From Auanema rhodensis (Eukaryota; Animalia; Nematoda): a stretch of DNA of 64,000 nucleotides. The number at the start of each line of letters is the position of its first letter. Within the stretch, counting starts at the first letter, position 1. The notes under the pieces were generated by a model. It did not search any database and was not told the DNA's origin. It was given only the letters and a program-made list of their open reading frames with translations. Positions 1 to 9,828 of the stretch are shown in pieces. The position numbers and the translations under genes are program-made. Location: positions 21,700,001 to 21,764,000 of the forward strand of contig OZ059896.1 in NCBI GenBank assembly GCA_964057225.1. The letters run 5' to 3'.

Positions 1-101
1 TACATGGAAACTCAACATACACTAATGCATCATTTTTCAAACAATCATAACTAATTTTTGTATTAAGCGTTTCTCAATGTAGTATAGTGCATTCGATGCG
101 G

Positions 102-152
102 ATTTTTAAGCTGCTTCGATCTGTGTTATCAGATTTGCGCTAGCTTACAAAT
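102..152. other. Per-monomer imperfect inverted repeat (~50-nt hairpin), pos 102-152
   Basis: Consensus ATTTTTAAGCT-GCG-TCG-ATCTG-[TGTTAT]-CAGAT-TTG-CGC-T-AGCTTAAAAAT: 11-bp, 3-bp and 5-bp Watson-Crick stems. Monomer 1 itself carries two point variants; monomer 11 (3612-3662) matches consensus. Confidence 0.85.
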
Positions 153-293
153 GCACCGAGATATCAACTGATATAAGTTCACACTTATATCCTCGATTTT
201 CACCCTGAAGAATTAATTTTTTCGTTGAATAACATTGTCCATCGTCTTTGCATTGAAAAAAGGAATCTAAAAACATCTACTTTTTGCTAAATT

Positions 294-328
294 ATTTTGA
301 AATTTTTCGAAAAAATTTTTGTCAAAAT
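294..328. other. Per-monomer AT-rich dyad centred on TTTTTCGAAAAA, pos 294-328
   Basis: ATTTTGA-AA-TTTTTCGAAAAA-ATTTTTG-TCAAAAT: a 12-bp perfect core plus outer 7-bp arms ATTTTGA/TCAAAAT. Confidence 0.75.
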
Positions 329-341
329 GTTTTTGGAAGCA

Positions 342-369
342 ATGTTGAGTGTACATGGAAACTCAACAT
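342..369. other. Per-monomer inverted repeat, 9-bp arms and 10-nt spacer
   Basis: ATGTTGAGT-[GTACATGGAA]-ACTCAACAT; the arms are exact reverse complements. Confidence 0.85.
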
Positions 370-520
370 ACACTAATGCATCATTTTTCAAACGATCATA
401 ACTAATTTTTGTATTAAGCGTTTCTCAATGTAGTATAGTGCATTCGATGCGGATTTTTAAGCTGCGTCGATCTGTTTTATCAGATTTGCGCTAGCTTAAA
501 AATGCACCAAGATATCAACT

Positions 521-542
521 GATATAAGTGCACACTTATATC
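521..542. other. Per-monomer near-perfect 22-bp palindrome, pos 170-191
   Basis: GATATAAGTG-[CA]-CACTTATATC: 10-bp arms, 2-nt centre (shown for monomer 2). Confidence 0.9.
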
Positions 543-3500
543 CTCGATTTTCACCCTGAAGAATTAATTTTTTCGTTGAATAACATTGTCCATCGTCTTT
601 GCCTTGAAAAAAGGAATCTAAAAACATCTACTTTTTGCTAAATTATTTTGAAATTTTTCGAAAAAATTTTTGTCAAAATGTTTTTGGAAGCAATGTTGAG
701 TGTACATGGAAACTCAACATACACTAATGCATCATTTTTCAAACGATCATAACTAATTTTTGTATTAAGCGTTTCTCAATGTAATATAGTGCATTCGATG
801 CGGATTTTCAAGCTGCGTCGATCTGTGTTATCAGATTTGCGCTAGCTTAAAAATGCACCAAGATATCAACTGATATAAGTGCACACTTATATCCTCGATT
901 TTCACTCTGAAGAATTAATTTTTTCGTTGAATAACATTGTCCATCGTCTTTGCCTTGAAAAAAGGAATCTAAAAACATCCACTTTTTGCTAAATTATCTT
1001 GAAATTTTTCGAAAAAATTTTTGTCAAAATGTTTTTGGAAGCAATGTTGAGTGTACATGGAAACTCAACATACACTAATGCATCATTTTTCAAACAATCA
1101 TAACTAATTTTTGTATTAAGCGTTTCTCAATGTAGTATAGTGCATTCGATGCGGATTTTTAAGCTGCGTCGATCTGTGTTATCAGATTTGCGCTAGCTTA
1201 AAAATGCACCGAGATATCAACTGATATAAGTTTACACTTATATCCTCGATTTTCACCCTGAAGAATTAATTTTTTCGTTGAATAACATTGTCCATCGTCT
1301 TTGCCTTGAAAAAAGGAATCTAAAAACATCTACTTTTTGCTAAATTATTTTAAAATTTTTCGAAAAAATTTTTGTCAAAATGTTTTTGGAAGCAATGTTG
1401 AGTGTACATGGAAACTCAACATACACTAATGCATCATTTTTCAAACGATCATAACTAATTTTTGTATTAAGCGTTTCTCAATGTAGTATAGTGCATTCGA
1501 TGCGGATTTTTAAGCTGCGTCGATCTGTGTTATCAGATTTGCGCTAGCTTAAAAATGCACCAAGATATCAACTGATATAAGTGCACACTTATATCCTCGA
1601 TTTTCACTCTGAAGAATCAATTTTTTCGTTGAATAACATTGTCCATCGTCTTTGCCTTGAAAAAAGGAATCTAAAAACATCCACTTTTTGCTAAATTATT
1701 TTGAAATTTTTCGAAAAAATTTTTGTCAAAATGTTTTTGGAAGCAATGTTGAGTGTACATGCAAACTCAACATACACTAATGCATCATTTTTCAAACAAT
1801 CATAACTAATTTTTGTATTAAGCGTTTCTCAATGTAGTATAGTGCATTCGATGCGGATTTTTAAGCTGCGTCGATCTGTGTTATCAGATTTGCGCTAGCT
1901 TAAAAATGCACCAAGATATCAACTGATATAAGTGCACACTTATATCCTCGATTTTCACCCTGAAGAATTAATTTTTTCGTTGAATAACATTGTCCATCGT
2001 CTTTGCATTGAAAAAAGGAATCTAAAAACATCTACTTTTTGCTAAATTATTTTGAAATTTTTCGAAAAAATTTTTGTCAAAATGTTTTTGGAAGCAATGT
2101 TGAGTGTACATGGAAACTCAACATACACTAATGCATCATTTTTCAAACGATCATAACTAATTTTTGTATTAAGCGTTTCTCAATGTAATATAGTGCATTC
2201 GATGCGGATTTTCAAGCTGCGTCGATCTGTGTTATCAGATTTGCGCTAGCTTAAAAATGCACCAAGATATCAACTGATATAAGTGCACACTTATATCCTC
2301 GATTTTCACCCTGAAGAATTAATTTTTTCGTTGAATAACATTGTCCATCGTCTTTGCCTTGAAAAAAGGAATCTAAAAACATCTACTTTTTGCTAAATTA
2401 TTTTGAAATTTTTCGAAAAAATTTTTGTCAAAATGTTTTTGGAAGCAATGTTGAGTGTACATGGAAACTCAACATACACTAATGCATCATTTTTCAAACG
2501 ATCATAACTAATTTTTGTATTAAGCGTTTCTCAATGTAATATAGTGCATTCGATGCGGATTTTCAAGCTGCGTCGATCTGTGTTATCAGATTTGCGCTAG
2601 CTTAAAAATGCACCAAGATATCAACTGATATAAGTGCACACTTATATCCTCGATTTTCACTCTGAAGAATTAATTTTTTCGTTGAATAACATTGTCCATC
2701 GTCTTTGCCTTGAAAAAAGGAATCTAAAAACATCCACTTTTTGCTAAATTATCTTGAAATTTTTCGAAAAAATTTTTGTCAAAATGTTTTTGGAAGCAAT
2801 GTTGAGTGTACATGGAAACTCAACATACACTAATGCATCATTTTTCAAACGATCATAACTAATTTTTGTATTAAGCGTTTCTCAATGTAATATAGTGCAT
2901 TCGATGCGGATTTTCAAGCTGCGTCGATCTGTGTTATCAGATTTGCGCTAGCTTAAAAATGCACCAAGATATCAACTGATATAAGTGCACACTTATATCC
3001 TCGATTTTCACTCTGAAGAATTAATTTTTTCGTTGAATAACATTGTCCATCGTCTTTGCCTTGAAAAAAGGAATCTAAAAACATCTACTTTTTGCTAAAT
3101 TATTCTGAAATTTTTCGAAAAAATTTTTGTCAAAATGTTTTTGGAAGCAATGTTGAGTGTACATGGAAACTCAACATACACTAATGCATCATTTTTCAAA
3201 CGATCATAACTAATTTTTGTATCAAGCGTTTCTCAATGTAGTATAGTGCATTCGATGCGGATTTTTAAGCCGCGTCGATCTGTGTTATCAGATTTGCGCT
3301 AGCTTAAATATGCACCGAGATATCAACTGATATAAGTTCACACTTATATCCTCGATTTTCACCCTGAAGAATTAATTTTTTCGTTGAATAACATTGTCCA
3401 TCGTCTTTGCCTTGAAAAAAGGAATCTAAAAACATCTACTTTTTGCTAAATTATTTTAAAATTTTTCGAAAAAATTTTTGTCAAAATGTTTTTGGAAGCA

Positions 3501-5265
3501 ATGTTGAGTGTACATGGAAACTCAACATACACTAATGCATCATTTTTCAAACGATCATAACTAATTTTTGTATTAAGCGTTTCTCAATGTAGTATAGTGC
3601 ATTCGATGCGGATTTTTAAGCTGCGTCGATCTGTGTTATCAGATTTGCGCTAGCTTAAAAATGCACCAAGATATCAACTGATATAAGTGCACACTTATAT
3701 CCTCGATTTTCACCCTGAAGAATTAATTTTTTCGTTGAATAACATTGTCCATCGTCTTTGCATTGAAAAAAGGAATCTAAAAACATCTACTTTTTGCTAA
3801 ATTATTTTGAAATTTTTCGAAAAAATTTTTGTCAAAATGTTTTTGGAAGCAATGTTGAGTGTACATGGAAACTCAACATACACTAAGGCATCATTTTTCA
3901 AACGATCATAACTAATTTTTGTATTAAGCGTTTCTCAATGTAATATAGTGCATTCGATGCGGATTTTCAAGCTGCGTCGATCTGTGTTATCAGATTTGCG
4001 CTAGCTTAAAAATGCACCAAGATATCAACTGATATAAGTGCACACTTATATCCTCGATTTTCACCCTGAAGAATTAATTTTTTCGTTGAATAACATTGTC
4101 CATCGTCTTTGCCTTGAAAAAAGGAATCTAAAAACATCTACTTTTTGCTAAATTATTTTAAAATTTTTCGAAAAAATTTTTGTCAAAATGTTTTTGGAAG
4201 CAATGTTGAGTGTACATGGAAACTCAACATACACTAATGCATCATTTTTCAAACGATCATAACTAATTTTTGTATTAAGCGTTTCTCAATGTAGTATAGT
4301 GCATTCGATGCGGATTTTTAAGCTGCGTCGATCTGTGTTATCAGATTTGCGCTAGCTTAAAAATGCACCAAGATATCAACTGATATAAGTGCACACTTAT
4401 ATCCTCGATTTTCACCCTGAAGAATTAATTTTTTCGTTGAATAACATTGTCCATCGTCTTTGCATTGAAAAAAGGAATCTAAAAACATCTACTTTTTGCT
4501 AAATTATTTTGAAATTTTTCGAAAAAATTTTTGTCAAAATGTTTTTGGAAGCAATGTTGAGTGTACATGGAAACTCAACATACACTAATGCATCATTTTT
4601 CAAACGATCATAACTAATTTTTGTATTAAGCGTTTCTCAATGTAGTATAGTGCATTCGATGCGGATTTTTAAGCTGCGTCGATCTGTGTTATCAGATTTG
4701 CGCTAGCTTGAAAATGCACCGAGATATCAACTGATATAAGTGTACACTTATATCCTCGATTTTCACCCTGAAGAATTAATTTTTTCGTTGAATAACATTG
4801 TCCATCGTCTTTGCCTTAAAAAAAGGAATCTAAAAACATCTACTTTTTGCTAAATTATTCTGAAATTTTTCGAAAAAATTTTTGTCAAAATGTTTTTGGA
4901 AGCAATGTTGAGTGTACATGGAAACTCAACATACACTAATGCATCATTTTTCAAACGATCATAACTAATTTTTGTATCAAGCGTTTCTCAATGTAGTATA
5001 GTGCATTCGATGCGGATTTTTAAGCCGCGTCGATCTGTGTTATCAGATTTGCGCTAGCTTAAAAATGCACCGAGATATCAACTGATATAAGTTCACACTT
5101 ATATCCTCGATTTTCACCCTGAAGAATTAATTTTTTCGTTGAATAACATTGTCCATCGTCTTTGCCTTGAAAAAAGGAATCTAAAAACATCTACTTTTTG
5201 CTAAATTATTTTGAAATTTTTCGAAAAAATTTTTGTCAAAATGTTTTTGGAAGCAATGTTGAGTG

Positions 5266-8200
5266 TACATGGAAACTCAACATACACTAATGCATCATTT
5301 TTCAAACGATCATAACTAATTTTTGTATTAAGCGTTTCTCAATGTAGTACAGTGCATTCGATGCGGATTTTTAAGCTGCGTCGATCTGTGTTATCAGATT
5401 TGCGCTAGCTTAAAAATGCACCGAGATATCAACTGATATAAGTTCACACTTATATTCTCGATTTTCACCCTGAAGAATTAATTTTTTTGTTGAATAACAT
5501 TGTTCATCGTCTTTGCCTTGAAAAAAGGAATCTAAAAACATATACTTTTTGCTAAATTATTTTGAAATTTTTCGAAAAAATTTTTGTCAAAATGTTTTTG
5601 GAAGCAATGTTGAGTGTACATGGAAACTCAACATACACTAATGCATCATTTTTCAAACGATCATAACTAATTTTTGTATTAAGCGTTTCTCAATGTAGTA
5701 CAGTGCATTCGATGCGGATTTTTAAGCTGCGTCGATCTGTGTTATCAGATTTGCGCTAGCTTAAAAATGCACCGAGATATCAACTGATATAAGTTCACAC
5801 TTATATTCTCGATTTTCACCCTGAAGAATTAATTTTTTTGTTGAATAACATTGTTCATCGTCTTTGCCTTGAAAAAAGGAATCTAAAAACATCTACTTTT
5901 TGCTAAATTATTTTGAAATTTTTCGAAAAAATTTTTGTCAAAATGTTTTTGGAAGCAATGTTGAGTGTACATGGAAACTCAACATACACTAATGCATCAT
6001 TTTTCAAACGATCATAACTAATTTTTGTATCAAGCGTTTCTCAATGTAGTATAGTGCATTCGATGCGGATTTTTAAGCTGCGTCGATCTGTGTTATCAGA
6101 TTTGCGCTAGCTTAAAAATGCACCGAGATATCAACTGATATAAGTTCACACTTATATCCTCGATTTTCACCCTGAAGAATTAATTTTTTCGTTGAATAAC
6201 ATTGTCCATCGTCTTTGCCTTGAAAAAAGGAATCTAAAAACATCTACTTTCTGCTAAATTATTTTGAAATTTTTCGAAAAAATTTTTGTCAAAATGTTTT
6301 TGGAAGCAATGTTGAGTGTACATGGAAACTCAACATACACTAATGCATCATTTTTCAAACGATCATAACTAATTTTTGTATTAAGCGTTTCTCAATGTAG
6401 TACAGTGCATTCGATGCGGATTTTTAAGCTGCGTCGATCTGTGTTATCAGATTTGCGCTAGCTTAAAAATGCACCGAGATATCAACTGATATAAGTTCAC
6501 ACTTATATTCTCGATTTTCACCCTGAAGAATTAATTTTTTTGTTGAATAACATTGTTCATCGTCTTTGCCTTGAAAAAAGGAATCTAAAAACATCTACTT
6601 TTTGCTAAATTATTTTGAAATTTTTCGAAAAAATTTTTGTCAAAATGTTTTTGGAAGCAATGTTGAGTGTACATGGAAACTCAACATACACTAATGCATC
6701 ATTTTTCAAACGATCATAACTAATTTTTGTATTAAGCGTTTCTCAATGTAGTACAGTGCATTCGATGCGGATTTTTAAGCTGCGTCGATCTGTGTTATCA
6801 GATTTGCGCTAGCTTAAAAATGCACCGAGATATCAACTGATATAAGTTCACACTTATATTCTCGATTTTCACCCTGAAGAATTAATTTTTTTGTTGAATA
6901 ACATTGTTCATCGTCTTTGCCTTGAAAAAAGGAATCTAAAAACATCTACTTTTTGCTAAATTATTTTGAAATTTTTCGAAAAAATTTTTGTCAAAATGTT
7001 TTTGGAAGCAATGTTGAGTGTACATGGAAACTCAACATACACTAATGCATCATTTTTCAAACGATCATAACTAATTTTTGTATCAAGCGTTTCTCAATGT
7101 AGTATAGTGCATTCGATGCGGATTTTTAAGCTGCGTCGATCTGTGTTATCAGATTTGCGCTAGCTTAAAAATGCACCGAGATATCAACTGATATAAGTTC
7201 ACACTTATATCCTCGATTTTCACCCTGAAGAATTAATTTTTTCGTTGAATAACATTGTCCATCGTCTTTGCCTTGAAAAAAGGAATCTAAAAACATCTAC
7301 TTTCTGCTAAATTATTTTGAAATTTTTCGAAAAAATTTTTGTCAAAATGTTTTTGGAAGCAATGTTGAGTGTACATGGAAACTCAACATACACTAATGCA
7401 TCATTTTTCAAACGATCATAACTAATTTTTGTATTAAGCGTTTCTCAATGTAGTACAGTGCATTCGATGCGGATTTTTAAGCTGCGTCGATCTGTGTTAT
7501 CAGATTTGCGCTAGCTTAAAAATGCACCGAGATATCAACTGATATAAGTTCACACTTATATTCTCGATTTTCACCCTGAAGAATTAATTTTTTTGTTGAA
7601 TAACATTGTTCATCGTCTTTGCCTTGAAAAAAGGAATCTAAAAACATCTACTTTTTGCTAAATTATTTTGAAATTTTTCGAAAAAATTTTTGTCAAAATG
7701 TTTTTGGAAGCAATGTTGAGTGTACATGGAAACTCAACATACACTAATGCATCATTTTTCAAACGATCATAACTAATTTTTGTATTAAGCGTTTCTCAAT
7801 GTAGTATAGTGCATTTGATGCGGATTTTTAAGCTGCGTCGATCTGTGTTATCAGATTTGCGCTAGCTTAAAAATGCACCGAGATATCAACTGATATAAGT
7901 TCACACTTATATCCTCGATTTTCACCCTGAAGAATTAATTTTTTCGTTGAATAACATTGTCCATCGTCTTTGCCTTGAAAAAAGGAATCTAAAAACATCT
8001 ACTTTTTGCTAAATTATTTTGAAATTTTTCGAAAAAATTTTTGTCAAAATGTTTTTGGAAGCAATGTTGAGTGTACATGGAAACTCAACATACACTAATG
8101 CATCATTTTTCAAACGATCATAACTAATTTTTGTATTAAGCGTTTCTCAATGTAGTACAGTGCATTCGATGCGGATTTTTAAGCTGCGTCGATCTGTGTT

Positions 8201-9828
8201 ATCAGATTTGCGCTAGCTTAAAAATGCACCGAGATATCAACTGATATAAGTTCACACTTATATTCTCGATTTTCACCCTGAAGAATTAATTTTTTTGTTG
8301 AATAACATTGTTCATCGTCTTTGCCTTGAAAAAAGGAATCTAAAAACATCTACTTTTTGCTAAATTATTTTGAAATTTTTCGAAAAAATTTTTGTCAAAA
8401 TGTTTTTGGAAGCAATGTTGAGTGTACATGGAAACTCAACATACACTAATGCATCATTTTTCAAACGATCATAACTAATTTTTGTATTAAGCGTTTCTCA
8501 ATGTAGTACAGTGCATTCGATGCGGATTTTTAAGCTGCGTCGATCTGTGTTATCAGATTTGCGCTAGCTTAAAAATGCACCGAGATATCAACTGATATAA
8601 GTTCACACTTATATTCTCGATTTTCACCCTGAAGAATTAATTTTTTTGTTGAATAACATTGTTCATCGTCTTTGCCTCGAAAAAAGGAATCTAAAAACAT
8701 CTACTTTTTGCTAAATTATTTTGAAATTTTTCGAAAAAATTTTTGTCAAAATGTTTTTGGAAGCAATGTTGAGTGTACATGGAAACTCAACATACACTAA
8801 TGCATCATTTTTCAAACGATCATAACTAAATTTTGTATCAAGCGTTTCTCAATGTAGTATAGTGCATTCGATGCGGATTTTTAAGCTGCGTCGATCTGTG
8901 TTATCAGATTTGCGCTAGCTTAAAAATGCACCGAGATATCAACTGATATAAGTTCACACTTATATCCTCGATTTTCACCCTGAAGAATTAATTTTTTCGT
9001 TGAATAACATTGTCCATCGTCTTTGCCTTGAAAAAAGGAATCTAAAAACATCTACTTTTTGCTAAATTATTTTGAAATTTTTCGAAAAAATTTTTGTCAA
9101 AATGTTTTTGGAAGCAATGTTGAGTGTACATGGAAACTCAACATACACTAATGCATCATTTTTCAAACGATCATAACTAATTTTTGTATTAAGCGTTTCT
9201 CAATGTAGTACAGTGCATTCGATGCGGATTTTTAAGCTGCGTCGATCTGTGTTATCAGATTTGCGCTAGCTTAAAAATGCACCGAGATATCAACTGATAT
9301 AAGTTCACACTTATATTCTCGATTTTCACCCTGAAGAATTAATTTTTTTGTTGAATAACATTGTTCATCGTCTTTGCCTTGAAAAAAGGAATCTAAAAAC
9401 ATCTACTTTTTGCTAAATTATTTTGAAATTTTTCGAAAAAATTTTTGTCAAAATGTTTTTGGAAGCAATGTTGAGTGTACATGGAAACTCAACATACACT
9501 AATGCATCATTTTTCAAACGATCATAACTAATTTTTGTATTAAGCGTTTCTCAATGTAGTATAGTGCATTTGATGCGGATTTTTAAGCTGCGTCGATCTG
9601 TGTTATCAGATTTGCGCTAGCTTAAAAATGCACCGAGATATCAACTGATATAAGTTCACACTTATATCCTCGATTTTCACCCTGAAGAATTTATTTTTTC
9701 GTTGAACAACATTGTCCATCGTCTTTGCTTTGAAAAAAGAAATCTAAAAACATCTACTTTTTGCTAAATTATTTTGAAATTTTTCGAAAAAATTTTTGTC
9801 AAAATGTTTTTGGAAGCAATGTTGAGTG
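5266..9828. repeat. Satellite domain 2 (monomers 16-28): order AAB-AABAC-AABAC
   Basis: Type A = GTACAG, TATTCTC, TTTTTTGTT, TTGTTCAT. Type B = TATCAAG. Type C = GCATTTGATG. All carry CCGAG and AAGTTCAC. Confidence 0.85.

Larger units (their letters stand above)
1..5265. repeat. Satellite domain 1 (monomers 1-15): heterogeneous, with cryptic 5-mer (1755 bp) periodicity
   Basis: Rare variants recur 5 monomers apart: GCATTGA in monomers 1, 6, 11 (also 13); TATCTTGA in 3 and 8; ATTCTGA in 9 and 14; TATCAAG plus AAGCCGC in 10 and 15. Confidence 0.7.

Noticed and set aside
102-152. Hairpins as rho-independent terminators or a pre-miRNA
   Set aside because: No gene context or expression evidence; the structures are simply part of every satellite monomer.
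220-236. CENP-B-box-like TTTCGTTGAATAACATT
   Set aside because: Matches TTCG and the central A of NTTCGNNNNANNCGGGN but lacks CGGG entirely (5 of 9 core bases).
1-351. Tandem RNA gene array (5S, tRNA, snRNA, spliced leader)
   Set aside because: No recognisable 5S, tRNA cloverleaf or A/B boxes, or snRNA sequence. An Rfam/Infernal search would be the decisive test and I could not run it.
1-351. Assignment to a named ~350-360 bp satellite (e.g. Drosophila 1.688 family, tenebrionid beetle satellites)
   Set aside because: Only length and AT-richness are similar; I recognise no sequence match and cannot run a search.
1-351. Monomer as an ancient dimer of ~175-bp subunits
   Set aside because: The two halves did not align convincingly by eye; a self dot-plot with shuffled controls would be needed.
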